Translations under genes and position numbers: made by a program
Shown here: positions 36,036 through 46,146 of the stretch, in pieces
Numbering within the stretch: position 1 is the stretch's first letter
How the letters are laid out: each line of letters opens with the position of its first letter
Notes under the pieces: model-generated
Databases searched by the model: none
What the model saw: the letters and a program-made list of their open reading frames with translations, nothing else
Told to the model about the DNA's origin: nothing
NCBI GenBank assembly: GCA_021817785.1
Contig: JAKAFY010000004.1
Span: 6,826 to 70,825, forward strand
Reading direction: 5' to 3'
Origin: a bacterium
GTDB lineage: Bacteria > Patescibacteriota > Microgenomatia > UBA10105 > UBA927
DNA length: 64,000 bases

Positions 36036-38483
36036 TCATTGCTGCACCATCGTCGTGATGGTGATGTTGTTTTTATTCATCGGGAGACGGGATGACGTCG
36101 GCGAGAAACTGAATTTGTATTCCGCGCCGGCGACGCCGTTGGTTTGTTTGAGTATGGCAAGCGCTGCCGAAACATCTTTTCCGACCAGCTGTCCTTTGAG
36201 TCCCGCAGTATCGATCTGCGGTAACGCGACGGCGGTTAGCTTTGCGGTCAGGGTGATCGACCCGTCTTTTTTCACCGTGACATCGGCAACCGACACATTG
36301 GTCTGGTCCGGCGCCAGTGTGTAGCCGGAAGGAACCTTGCTGCCGACGAGCGACGTCAGTATCCCTTTTACATCATCGTCAGAAATGCTTATTCCGGTGA
36401 CCGTGATGGTTATCTTACCGTGCAGCTGACTCGTCTGCTGGTCTATTTCCTGGTCAAACGATTTGTCCGATACGCTCGTTTTTATCGTCTGGTCGATCAA
36501 TCGTTCCCCGCCCGTTGCGCCGGCAAGCAATTGGGACTTCGCCTGTCCGACCAGATCCGCGGTAAGCGCCGTCACGAGTCCGTCCTGGTCCGCGCGGGAC
36601 ACGACGGTTACCTGTTTGCTGGTGCCGCCGGCAAACGATGAATCATTTCTTGCCGATGCGTTGGAAGCGCTTATCCCGGCAAAGGTGAAGTCCGTACCAG
36701 CCGGCAGATTCCCATTGGGTCCGATATCCTTGGCCGTCACGGTCGCGGTCGCTTTTCCGAACGTGATAGAACCTATGTCTTCGCTGGCCGACGCCACCGA
36801 TACGTCTCCGTCCAGCGTAAATGACATGCCGTTCCCCGAAAGCACGGTCCCTTTGGAAAATGTCTGCGCGTTCGTTACCTTGTTATAGATCGTTACCGTT
36901 CCCTTTGCCGGATCCCCGATGCTTTTTTTACCGGTCACGGCGACCGTTTTCTCACCGCTTACTGATTTGGTTTGAGTGTGTCCCGGAATCATTTTTTTGG
37001 AAGGATCAGCGACGGTTGCCGTAGGATCCACCGTAAGCACCGTCGATTCGTCAATCGACTGCGGGGATACGAGCACCGTCACCGTCACCCGTGGCAAGAA
37101 ATAAAAGAGTACGCCCAAAAGCAGGATCAGTCCGACGCCGCCTGCTATGAGTGCCATGCTTCCGGACTTCGGTGCCCGCAGACGGGACGCCATGCGCAGC
37201 ACCGGTTTAAATAGGTCCCTGGACAGCGTGGGCAACGCCATCGGAAACGCAAATTTCTTTTTCTGCGGCTCTTCCGTTTCGTCTTCTTCCGCATCGAGCG
37301 CCTCTTCCAGTTCTTCCCTGCCGACCGCTTTCATAGGTTTTCCCGCTCCCAATCCCGGATGCGGAGAAACGGCCGGAGATTTCTCCAGCACGTCTTCCGT
37401 CCGGAATCCCAAAGACTCCGGGGTTACCAGTTTTACATTTGCTATCTCATCCTGACTTTCTTCTTTTTCTATGGCTTCTCCGATCGTTTCCGCTTCATCT
37501 TCCGTGTCATCGGATGCGACGGGTGAAGCATCTGCCGTGGCTTCTTCCGTTTCATCTTCGTCATCCGGAGATTCTTCATCGTCCGCGGATGCGTCTTCCT
37601 CCGTCTCATCCTCTTCACCGTCATCCGACGCAAGGGGCTCTTCCGGTGTTTTATACGTGGGACGCGGCTGGGCGACGACCGTTGAAACCATTCCCGCCGC
37701 TGTTTCTTCCACCTCTCCCACATCCGCCGCAAGCTCCGCGGCCCCGGCAAGCGATACGGCGGTAAGGAGAGCTTCCACCGATACGACGTCTATCTTGGGA
37801 AAGTGCATGAAATTCGTGCGTGTGGGCCATGGGTGCTTCAGCAGTTTTGCGCGAATCTCTTCCAGCCCCGCCGGATCCCCGCCATACAAAAGCATGCGCG
37901 ATGGCAATACGTCACCGTCCTGGTGCTTTTTTAACACCGCTTCCACAACCGGCGAGGGATCCGTTCCCAGTTCCACTGCATCATCCGTCATCATTTTTCC
38001 GACCCGGAACACGGTTATATGGGCGACAGATTTCGAACATCCGATCAGGATGATACTTGGCGGCACGCCTTCTTCCGTCCGCAACTGATTGGCAAGCGCC
38101 TGGGAAAGCGGGACAAACCCCACCGGAGTAAGTTCCAGTACTTTCGACATTTTCTTAAGCTCCGGTTTTATCGCATCGGAAATATTGGCTTCAGGCGTCA
38201 GATACACGCCCGGCATGCCATAGACGGTTTTGGTAATCGGCTGTGTGGCGCCCACTTTGTCCTCTGCCGCAGACAACAGGCGGTCGATGACTTTCACCCG
38301 CGCATCCCAGGTATCCTGCCCGACCAGCCCGTGGGCAAAGCTGGCTATGGTCGGTTTTTTCGGCGTATCCATGCTCCATACGGCCACAGCTGCCGCTCCC
38401 GTATCCATATAGAGGGAAAAATAATATTCCTTCCCGTCATCTTTCTTTTTTATGAGGCTCGTTATCGCGTCAGTAAATTTCAT
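36036..38483 (-). CDS. Large membrane protein: possible actin-like ATPase N-domain, acidic linker, TM, Ser/Thr/Gly-rich extracellular domain
   Basis: Start at the internal Met MKFTDAITS. YYFSLYMDTGAAAVAVW and IILIGCSKSVAHITVF resemble FtsA/PilM-type phosphate motifs. An Asp/Glu-rich linker of about 120 aa. One TM (LIAGGVGLILLLGVLFYFL). A C-terminal region of about 400 aa rich in T, S, G and V. Confidence 0.5.
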   Translation of the reverse strand: MKFTDAITSLIKKKDDGKEYYFSLYMDTGAAAVAVWSMDTPKKPTIASFAHGLVGQDTWDARVKVIDRLLSAAEDKVGATQPITKTVYGMPGVYLTPEANISDAIKPELKKMSKVLELTPVGFVPLSQALANQLRTEEGVPPSIILIGCSKSVAHITVFRVGKMMTDDAVELGTDPSPVVEAVLKKHQDGDVLPSRMLLYGGDPAGLEEIRAKLLKHPWPTRTNFMHFPKIDVVSVEALLTAVSLAGAAELAADVGEVEETAAGMVSTVVAQPRPTYKTPEEPLASDDGEEDETEEDASADDEESPDDEDETEEATADASPVASDDTEDEAETIGEAIEKEESQDEIANVKLVTPESLGFRTEDVLEKSPAVSPHPGLGAGKPMKAVGREELEEALDAEEDETEEPQKKKFAFPMALPTLSRDLFKPVLRMASRLRAPKSGSMALIAGGVGLILLLGVLFYFLPRVTVTVLVSPQSIDESTVLTVDPTATVADPSKKMIPGHTQTKSVSGEKTVAVTGKKSIGDPAKGTVTIYNKVTNAQTFSKGTVLSGNGMSFTLDGDVSVASASEDIGSITFGKATATVTAKDIGPNGNLPAGTDFTFAGISASNASARNDSSFAGGTSKQVTVVSRADQDGLVTALTADLVGQAKSQLLAGATGGERLIDQTIKTSVSDKSFDQEIDQQTSQLHGKITITVTGISISDDDVKGILTSLVGSKVPSGYTLAPDQTNVSVADVTVKKDGSITLTAKLTAVALPQIDTAGLKGQLVGKDVSAALAILKQTNGVAGAEYKFSFSPTSSRLPMNKNNITITTMVQQ

Positions 38484-38515
38484 GTGGTGGTACCCTACAA
38501 AAGGGCGGGCAACGG

Positions 38516-40411
38516 CTATGTTGTCGAAAGCAGGCCGTATATGCGACGGATGCCGGCACCTGCCGACTCCTCTTTTCGTATTGTAAAGTGGCCCAGTGTT
38601 CCTGTAAAGCCAACGTGCGGCCCGCCGCAAAATTCCGCGGAGAAATAATCATCGGGGGTAGCCTGTTCCGGGTCTATCCCGTCCCGCAAGCCGACAAAAT
38701 ATACGCCCACCCGGTCCGGATACTTTTGTCCGAATTCCCGCTGTGCGCCGATCGTCTCGGCGATTTCCCGCGGCATTTCGATGCGGGTGACTTTCAGATT
38801 TTCCTTAATTTTTTGGTTGACGAGGTCGGCTACTTTTTCCAATTCCTCAGGGGTGAGTTTGCGCATGAAATTAAAGTCTATGCGCAGCCGCTCCGCGGTG
38901 ATATTGCTCCCCCGTTGCTTGATAGAAGGATCAACGCACTTCTGCAAACTTGCCAACAATAAATGGTGCGCCGTATGGAGCTTCGTCGTATCTTCTCCGT
39001 GATCCGCCAGTCCGCCTTTAAACATGCCGGCTGCGGCAGTCCGCGAAAGAGCCTTATGTTTGTTGAACTCTTCCTCAAACTGAGCTCTATCCACCGTCTG
39101 CCCGGTTTCGGAGGCGATTTCGACCGTCATTTCCCACGGGAACCCGTAGGTCTCATAGAGCGTAAATGCGATTTTTCCGTCCAGAACGGCGATCTTTTTT
39201 ATTTCAGAAAGTCCCTGTTCCAATGTTTTTCCGAACCGCAACGCCTCTTCCTGCAGGAGTAAAGTGATTTCGGCAATTTTTTCGGTCACGTCCGGGTAGC
39301 TTCCCGCATATATTTCCGCCACCGGGGCCGCAAGCTTTCCGATATAGGTGAGATCCTTGGTAAGTCCCAGCTTGCGTCCATAGAGAAGCGACCGCCGTAC
39401 CAGGCGCCGCAGGATGTATCCCTGTCCTTTGTTGGACGGCAGGACGCCGTCTACCATCATCATGACCGCGGCTTTTATGTGGTCTGCCAGTATACGCATG
39501 GCCCTCGTCGTCTCGGTTTCTTCGCCATAGGTCTTGCCGGACGCGTGTTCTATGACACGGATCAGCGGAGAAAACAAATCAGAGGTAAATACGTCACGGT
39601 TATCGTTGGCGGCCGCTACCATTCGTTCCAGCCCGCCGCCGAAGTCGACATTTTTCTGGGAAAGTTCCTTTAGGCTTCCGTCCGCCTGTTTCTGGTACTG
39701 CATAAACACGGAATTGGCTATCTCCATAAACCTGCCGCAATCACAGTTGGGGTGACACGGCTCATTGCTCCATTGGGATTGCTCGTGGAGTCCTAATGCT
39801 TTGCCAAAATCAAAAAACACTTCACTGTCGGGGCCTCCCGGTTCTCCCGGCGGCATCTTTTCCGGCTCGCCGGAACGCGACCACCAGTTTTTCCGCGCAT
39901 CATATAAAAATATCCGCGCGTCCTTTGAAGCTGCGGCGGAGCGGGATTCCGCGACGTCTGCGGTGATACCGACTTCTTTATATATTTTTTTCCAGATTTC
40001 GATGGAATCGGTATCTTTTGAGACGGACTCATTCCCTTGGAAAACGCTTACATACAGCCGTTTGGGGTCCAGTCCCAGCTCACCCGTCAGAAATGCAAAT
40101 ATCCACGGCAGCTGCTCGTTCTTGAAATAATCCCCGAGCGACCAGTTTCCCAGCATTTCAAAAAACGTCGTATGCCGGTTATCTCCCACTTCATCGATAT
40201 CCTGGGAACGGAACGACTTCTGGCTGTCTACCAACCGGGTTCCCGACGGATGTTTTTGCCCCAATAAATATGGGATCAGAGGCTGCATGCCGGAAGACGT
40301 AAACAGCGTGGTCGGATCGTTTTCCGGAACCAGCGACGCAGACGGGATTACCGTATGCCCGCGCGCTTTGTAATACGCAAGAAATTTTGTGCGAACTTCA
40401 GATGACGTCAT
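38516..40411 (-). CDS. alaS: Alanine--tRNA ligase (short form lacking a C-Ala domain)
   Basis: Class II motifs (FTSSGMQP, HTTFFEMLGNWSLGDYFK). Editing-domain HxxxH (HTAHHLL) and CGGPHV. 631 aa, ending right after the editing domain. Confidence 0.9.
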   Translation of the reverse strand: MTSSEVRTKFLAYYKARGHTVIPSASLVPENDPTTLFTSSGMQPLIPYLLGQKHPSGTRLVDSQKSFRSQDIDEVGDNRHTTFFEMLGNWSLGDYFKNEQLPWIFAFLTGELGLDPKRLYVSVFQGNESVSKDTDSIEIWKKIYKEVGITADVAESRSAAASKDARIFLYDARKNWWSRSGEPEKMPPGEPGGPDSEVFFDFGKALGLHEQSQWSNEPCHPNCDCGRFMEIANSVFMQYQKQADGSLKELSQKNVDFGGGLERMVAAANDNRDVFTSDLFSPLIRVIEHASGKTYGEETETTRAMRILADHIKAAVMMMVDGVLPSNKGQGYILRRLVRRSLLYGRKLGLTKDLTYIGKLAAPVAEIYAGSYPDVTEKIAEITLLLQEEALRFGKTLEQGLSEIKKIAVLDGKIAFTLYETYGFPWEMTVEIASETGQTVDRAQFEEEFNKHKALSRTAAAGMFKGGLADHGEDTTKLHTAHHLLLASLQKCVDPSIKQRGSNITAERLRIDFNFMRKLTPEELEKVADLVNQKIKENLKVTRIEMPREIAETIGAQREFGQKYPDRVGVYFVGLRDGIDPEQATPDDYFSAEFCGGPHVGFTGTLGHFTIRKEESAGAGIRRIYGLLSTT

Positions 40412-40485
40412 ACCGGGTTGTGAAATTTCGATCTATTATTACGCGCTCGTTTCTCGAGATTCTTTTCCTGCAATATATATCCGAA

Positions 40486-40522
40486 TAAAAAAATCCGATA
40501 CGAGAATGTATGCGCGTATCGA
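40486..40522 (-). terminator. Intrinsic terminator downstream of the 40575-42671 gene
   Basis: Minus strand reads tcgatacg-cgcatacattctc-gtatcgga then tttttttatt. Confidence 0.5.
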
Positions 40523-40574
40523 AATTCTACTACCCGGCATGTGAGAAATTATATCACGGACTGCAGCGCATGGC

Positions 40575-42671
40575 TTACGGCTGTTTCAGCCCTCCCCACT
40601 CGACGAGCGTGAATCCGTTCCGTACGAGTCTGTCCAGTGATTGCGGGGATAACGGGTGCGCAGGCTTTGCCATAAGCGGCGTATAATCCAAAAATATCCG
40701 GAAAACCGTATCGGGGACCGGCGACACCGTCATCGGAAAAAGCGTATTTACGTCATGCGTCTGCAAAAAGCTCACGCGGTAATACGGCGCATGTTTCGAC
40801 AGCATATCCGCCAGCCAATAGTCGGCAAAATCCCTCTTTTCCGTAGCATTGAGCCCCATATCCGTTAACGTGGTATCCAAAAATCCGCCCAACGCGCTCC
40901 GGTCGACGATCCATCCGCCGGAGATCGCAGGATACGCGGACGAAACCGACCCAGCCCAGAAAAGATACGGGTAGGTATTTGTCGCGCATGCGTGTGCTGC
41001 ATATTCCGATCCCCTTTTGGACGCATCGATCGCCGCGCAGTCGGTCAGAGACGGCAGAAGATTCGTGAGTGTCCCGTCCGGATGAGCCAATACCTGCCAG
41101 GAGCCGGCATACGTTGGGATATCCGTCGTCATCCGGATCGGTGTCCGAAACGTTACCGTAACGGGCGTCGGTGTTGTGGGATAGAGGTAGATCACGGGCT
41201 TACCGCACCCGCCCGGCAGTTTTATATCGTATTCGCCGAGAGCCACCCACCGCCCCCAATAATCTTTGAGAAACAAAAGCGGCGTTTTTTGTACGTATTC
41301 ATCCAGCGTGGGCTTTGGTATGCCCTTGTTCGCATCATCCCACCCCATGCCCTGGGCACCGAAGTAATCGAGTTTATTGTTGTACGCCAGGGTGAGTAAC
41401 GGATGCTTCGTATCTTTGAGCCGGTACAACGGTATGGCACCGACAGTTCCGATTTGTTCCAAGTCGGTGTCGCTTACGTTGACGATAGTTGTCGTCAGAG
41501 ACATCGCGCACGCCCCGGGGATCGCGGTCTGATAATCGGTATACAACGCGACGGATGTTGGCGTTGTTATCTCTTTGCCCAATACGCCGAGACTCGGCGG
41601 GTACACATAGTCAGGGCTTTTCGGATATGTGGAAATTTCCTTGTTCTGATATTTTTTGACGTCCTCCTGATATTGTTTTTCGGCCGCGGTATATACACGC
41701 TGACTGGCAGTATACGTGCGGATATGTTCTTTTGTAGTCATCGCGTACCGCATGGGCAGCCCTGCGGAATCTACGGCAACCACCTCGGATGTCGCCAACA
41801 GATAGCGTTGCCGCAATTGTGCTTTTGTCTTTTCTTCGGGAGTGAGTTTGCTTACGTCTGCGTTATTTGCCGCGATAGGTTGTGCGTATAGACTAACATT
41901 CGGTATGGGAGAGGTAAGTTTCGTATCAGCGGAGCCGGGAGATTCCAGTACCAGGTCATATACATCGTTTCCCTGGGCATCTTTTGCATTCGTGCGTACG
42001 GTGTTGATCGGATACGACTCCTGGTACAGTGCAAAATGTGCATCCAGATCCAGTTCTTTTGGTTGTTCCGTATCAAACACGGCAGTCGATGTCACTTTGG
42101 CCTTGTCCAGATACATATACGGATTTTGCCAGTCGGTTACCGGATAGTTCGTCGTATTCCCGTCCGGATCATCCAATACAAACTGCAGAAAATTTTTGGT
42201 GGCCAACGTAAATGAAAGCGGCCCGCCGGGTCCGAACGCGGGGCGGATAGCGATGATTCTCGTGTATCCGGTCAGCGCGCCGCGCGTAAATGTGCCGGCA
42301 CTGTAGTATGAAAAATCATTCTGTACGTGATTTAACTCGTCGTCTTGCGTCAGGGTAAAGAGCTGCAGGTTCTGATGCAAACGCGTGAGTGTACCGGAAA
42401 ATAACGGAGCAACGGCAGTGGTAGCAGAAGTCACGGAAGACGTGCCGGGCAACGGACGTGACCCGGGCAGAACCGATGATATGCCGCGCACCCCGAGGAC
42501 ATACGCACCCATGCCGCATGCTGCCAACAACGCGATGACCCCGATCACGGCAAATATGCGCTCTGCTCTCAATGAGTTCGGAAGAGGAGCTGGAGCAGGC
42601 GGTTTTGCAGTCTCATCCGATGGTGTCTTCGATGTGTTCTGTGAGGGTATGTTTTTTGCATTGGCATCCAT
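40575..42671 (-). CDS. Large membrane-anchored extracellular hypothetical protein
   Basis: 698 aa. N-terminal low-complexity region then a TM helix (IFAVIGVIALLAACGMGAYVLGV). No recognisable domain. Confidence 0.55.
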   Translation of the reverse strand: MDANAKNIPSQNTSKTPSDETAKPPAPAPLPNSLRAERIFAVIGVIALLAACGMGAYVLGVRGISSVLPGSRPLPGTSSVTSATTAVAPLFSGTLTRLHQNLQLFTLTQDDELNHVQNDFSYYSAGTFTRGALTGYTRIIAIRPAFGPGGPLSFTLATKNFLQFVLDDPDGNTTNYPVTDWQNPYMYLDKAKVTSTAVFDTEQPKELDLDAHFALYQESYPINTVRTNAKDAQGNDVYDLVLESPGSADTKLTSPIPNVSLYAQPIAANNADVSKLTPEEKTKAQLRQRYLLATSEVVAVDSAGLPMRYAMTTKEHIRTYTASQRVYTAAEKQYQEDVKKYQNKEISTYPKSPDYVYPPSLGVLGKEITTPTSVALYTDYQTAIPGACAMSLTTTIVNVSDTDLEQIGTVGAIPLYRLKDTKHPLLTLAYNNKLDYFGAQGMGWDDANKGIPKPTLDEYVQKTPLLFLKDYWGRWVALGEYDIKLPGGCGKPVIYLYPTTPTPVTVTFRTPIRMTTDIPTYAGSWQVLAHPDGTLTNLLPSLTDCAAIDASKRGSEYAAHACATNTYPYLFWAGSVSSAYPAISGGWIVDRSALGGFLDTTLTDMGLNATEKRDFADYWLADMLSKHAPYYRVSFLQTHDVNTLFPMTVSPVPDTVFRIFLDYTPLMAKPAHPLSPQSLDRLVRNGFTLVEWGGLKQP

Positions 42672-42780
42672 ACGTTCTTAGTATACGTCATACACCAACA
42701 TTATTTTATGTACGATACAATACAATATCATCACCTTCATTGACCGCGAGATATTTTTGCCCCTATACTGAAACTACTTC

Positions 42781-43581
42781 ATGAAATCATCTGCCGCCAA
42801 ATTACTGCTTCTTATCGCACTCATCATATTCCCGCTTCTTGTATGGGCCATTCTGTCCGGCCCGTCGCAGGATACGCGAAGCCGGGCCACGGACACGACG
42901 GTGACGGAAACGCCGTCCAGTACTGCCACCCCCACGTCCACTCCGTCTGCGACGCTTACACCCACCGTTACTCCCTCAGTCACCCCTACTCCGACCAACA
43001 GCCCGCCGCTGTGTCTGGGACTTTCGGCCAATCCGGGAGCAGGACCCAAACCGCTTACGGTCCATTTTGCGTGCGCGGGATATGATGCCAATAACGACAT
43101 TACCGCCGCTGAATTCGGATTCGGTGCCGGCCAAAAACAACTCGTGGAAAGCACCTCGGTCGGGCAATATGGCTCTGTCACCACGTCATATACCTATACC
43201 ACTCCGGGCACCTACAACGTGACCTGTCACGTGCGGGACAACAACAACACATGGTCCGATTATCCGTCGTATTGTACCTATTCTGTTGTCGTGTCAGACA
43301 ACGCGCTTACGCCGACGCCGTTTCGGACGCCGATGCCGACACGGGTGATGGCGGTGGCACCCGACAACGGTCCCATTATCTATAGCGGGACCATTCCCAC
43401 CGTTAGAGAGACGCCGTCCGTGACCCCTACTCCGGTGGAAAAAATTACACTTCCCACGCCGACTCCCGCGCCGTCCCTGTGGACCAACGACAAAATCAGA
43501 CAGCTCTTTATCATGCTGGTCGTCAGCGGCATCACCATCATCGTGGCCCTTTCGCTCCACGCTTTCTTCGACAGGCGATGA
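42781..43581 (+). CDS. Surface protein with PT-rich linkers, a PKD domain and a C-terminal TM anchor
   Basis: Signal anchor. PLTVHFACAGYDANNDI...YTYTTPGTYNVTCHVRDNNNTWSD is a PKD-domain pattern. C-terminal TM LFIMLVVSGITIIVALSL. Confidence 0.7.
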   Translation: MKSSAAKLLLLIALIIFPLLVWAILSGPSQDTRSRATDTTVTETPSSTATPTSTPSATLTPTVTPSVTPTPTNSPPLCLGLSANPGAGPKPLTVHFACAGYDANNDITAAEFGFGAGQKQLVESTSVGQYGSVTTSYTYTTPGTYNVTCHVRDNNNTWSDYPSYCTYSVVVSDNALTPTPFRTPMPTRVMAVAPDNGPIIYSGTIPTVRETPSVTPTPVEKITLPTPTPAPSLWTNDKIRQLFIMLVVSGITIIVALSLHAFFDRR

Positions 43582-43607
43582 ATTACGCTGTACAATAGAG
43601 AGTATAG

Positions 43608-43952
43608 ATGCAGATTGTTAAACAAAAGCAAACCCACTGGGTCGAGACTGCCCCAACTGCGACCGTCGAGGAGTACCTCATGCGAGAGCGCACGATCGGC
43701 GGAGCGACGTCTATTATCTCCGGCCGGTACCCGGTCAAAGGCTATGCCGTCAATACGGTTTCCAGGGAATTGGTTCTGGTTCTAAGCGGCGACGGATACA
43801 TAGGGACACCGCGGAAAAAAACGCCGATTGTTATCGGCGACTGCATCCTCATCAAACCCAAAGAAAAATATTATTGGGACGGACACATGGCGCTTTTTAT
43901 GGTTTGCACCCCCGTATGGAAATCCTCGCAGCACACCATTGTTCCGAAATAA
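43608..43952 (+). CDS. Cupin-domain protein
   Basis: Small beta-barrel pattern (GYAVNTVSRELVLVLSGDGYIG...GDCILIKPKEKYYW). Confidence 0.55.
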   Translation: MQIVKQKQTHWVETAPTATVEEYLMRERTIGGATSIISGRYPVKGYAVNTVSRELVLVLSGDGYIGTPRKKTPIVIGDCILIKPKEKYYWDGHMALFMVCTPVWKSSQHTIVPK

Positions 43953-43956
43953 TCTT

Positions 43957-44928
43957 ATGGATACGCTTCTTACCCGCATCGACAGTGCCATGACCCTTTC
44001 CAGCGTATTGGAATCGGCAGCAGGTTCATTCGGTCTCGGGAACATCCAGTCGTCCGCGACGATACTCACCGGATATCAGGATTACAATGTAGAGCTTACG
44101 ACGTCGACCGGCCGCTACGTGGTCAAAATATTTGCAAAGGATAAAACAATCCGGCGGATAGACGACGTGTTATGGGCATACGAAGCGTTTGCCAAAAAGC
44201 ACGTTCCCGTGCCAACTCTGCGGCACACGACCGACGGACAAACCCGTATGGAACTTGCCGGAGTCGAACACCCGTCGTATCTTTGCGTGTTTGACTTTTT
44301 CCCCGGAAAACCGCTGACGCGCGTTCCCGTCACCGATACTGATTTGGTCACCCTGACCAACGCCATGTCCGCTATCCACAAAACCCAGCACACCATCCAG
44401 CCGTACTACGATACTCTGGCGATTGCCAACGTACAGAAAGAATTCCAGCTGAAAAAAGACGCGCTGTCCGCGGATGAACTGTCGCTTATTACGCCGGTGA
44501 TTGCGAAATTCAGCCGCATCAAACTTCCTGCGTTTCCCCAAAGCATTATCCACGGCACATTTGAAAAAGAAAACGTGCTGAAAAATCCCGCAGGCGACCT
44601 GTGCCTTCTGGATTTCGGATGCATGGACTACAACGCATCGGTTCTGGATATCGCAACGTGTATTGCCAACGTTACCCTGTATCTGGACAAAGTGCGGCGC
44701 GACCAGGTCATCCGCGTCATGCTGGATACGTACCACGCATCGCGTCCGCTTACACCCGAGGAACGCGCAGCCCTTCCGACGCTTATCCGCTGCCAGTACG
44801 CCGCCTATGCGATCGGTATGAGCCACCACATGCGCATAGACCATGACATGAGCAAGCAAACCCAGACATGGCTGGATCGCGGATGGGACGGACTCAAGGC
44901 GTATGCCAAGGTAACCCGGATTGTGTAA
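43957..44928 (+). CDS. Phosphotransferase (APH/choline-kinase-like) family protein
   Basis: Brenner-like motif IIHGTFEKENVL and DLCLLDFG. Start at the internal Met MDTLL; the upstream part of the ORF-track ORF overlaps the cupin gene. Confidence 0.6.
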   Translation: MDTLLTRIDSAMTLSSVLESAAGSFGLGNIQSSATILTGYQDYNVELTTSTGRYVVKIFAKDKTIRRIDDVLWAYEAFAKKHVPVPTLRHTTDGQTRMELAGVEHPSYLCVFDFFPGKPLTRVPVTDTDLVTLTNAMSAIHKTQHTIQPYYDTLAIANVQKEFQLKKDALSADELSLITPVIAKFSRIKLPAFPQSIIHGTFEKENVLKNPAGDLCLLDFGCMDYNASVLDIATCIANVTLYLDKVRRDQVIRVMLDTYHASRPLTPEERAALPTLIRCQYAAYAIGMSHHMRIDHDMSKQTQTWLDRGWDGLKAYAKVTRIV

Positions 44929-44943
44929 CACACAAACGACGCT

Positions 44944-45795
44944 ATGTTGCCGTATCTTTTCGGAATTATCACATATATAGGGTGGGGGTCGGGCGACGTG
45001 TTCGGCACGTTTGCCACACGGAAAATCGGCCCATATGTCACTACATTTTGGGCATTTGCGTTTGCGGCACTCCTGGGATTACTCTATGTTCCGTTTGCGT
45101 TCGCCGATCTTTCCAGGATCACCCCGATATTCCTCGCATGCAACATACTATTAGGCATCATCTATATAGCAGGCAACCTTACATTCAACGAAGCGCTCCG
45201 TTTATCCAGCGCGCCGATCGTGGGGACGATCGGAGGGTCATTTGCAGCCCTTACCGTACTCCTGTCATTTCTCTTTCTCGGAGAGCATATTTCGCTTATC
45301 CGTACGCTGCTTATTCTTTTTGTATTCCTCGGCGTGTTTATTACCAGCACCGCACACAATCAGACGAAAGAAAAAGGATTTACCCGGGGAATACTCTTGG
45401 CACTGGTCAGTTTCTTCGTATGGGGCATCTATTTTACGTTCAATAAAGTACTGATGAGCAGGATGGGCTGGTTCTGGCCAAACTACATTCCCATTCTGTT
45501 ATTTCCGATTATTGCAATATATATGAAATGGAAACGCATTCCGTTTATCCTGCCCGACCACACCATAACTCCGTTTCTATTTCTCAATGCGCTCGCGCTC
45601 CGGGGCGGGGATTTTGCATTCAATATCGGCGCAAGTTTGGGTCTTACGGCAACTATTGCTCCTATGGGCGGCGCATATCCCACACTATTTGCCGTACTTT
45701 CCCACTTCATCTTTCACGATCCGCTGAACAAAAAACAGGTTGCGGGCATTGCCATTGCATTGACGGGGTTAGTTGCGTTAGGATTTGTAGCGTAG
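44944..45795 (+). CDS. EamA/DMT-family transporter
   Basis: 10 TM helices. EamA-like halves. Confidence 0.75.
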   Translation: MLPYLFGIITYIGWGSGDVFGTFATRKIGPYVTTFWAFAFAALLGLLYVPFAFADLSRITPIFLACNILLGIIYIAGNLTFNEALRLSSAPIVGTIGGSFAALTVLLSFLFLGEHISLIRTLLILFVFLGVFITSTAHNQTKEKGFTRGILLALVSFFVWGIYFTFNKVLMSRMGWFWPNYIPILLFPIIAIYMKWKRIPFILPDHTITPFLFLNALALRGGDFAFNIGASLGLTATIAPMGGAYPTLFAVLSHFIFHDPLNKKQVAGIAIALTGLVALGFVA

Positions 45796-45799
45796 ACCT

Positions 45800-46126
45800 A
45801 TGACCACGATGTTACTCGGCATTATCTCCTGTCAGGACCGCACAGAGGCGGATATGATCGGCCGGCATGTCTTAAAGCACAAACTGGCCGCCTGCATGCA
45901 GATTATCGACAACGTCGAGTCATCTTTTCTCTGGCCGCCCGGCACGTCGACCATCGATTATGCCAACGAAGCGCTGCTTTTGGTCAAAACCCTGGAATCC
46001 AAATGGGCAGCACTGGAAAAAGAAGTCATCAAAAAGCATTCTTACAAAAACCCCGAAATCGTCGCCCTGCCCGTGTCCCACGTAAGCCGCACATACCTCG
46101 ACTGGCTCACAAACGAATTAGCCTGA
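45800..46126 (+). CDS. cutA: Divalent-cation tolerance protein CutA
   Basis: CutA1 pattern (SSFLWPPGTSTIDYANEALLLVKT...KHSYKNPEIVALPV...YLDWL). Confidence 0.8.
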   Translation: MTTMLLGIISCQDRTEADMIGRHVLKHKLAACMQIIDNVESSFLWPPGTSTIDYANEALLLVKTLESKWAALEKEVIKKHSYKNPEIVALPVSHVSRTYLDWLTNELA

Positions 46127-46146
46127 TGTAGGGTATACTTACCCCC

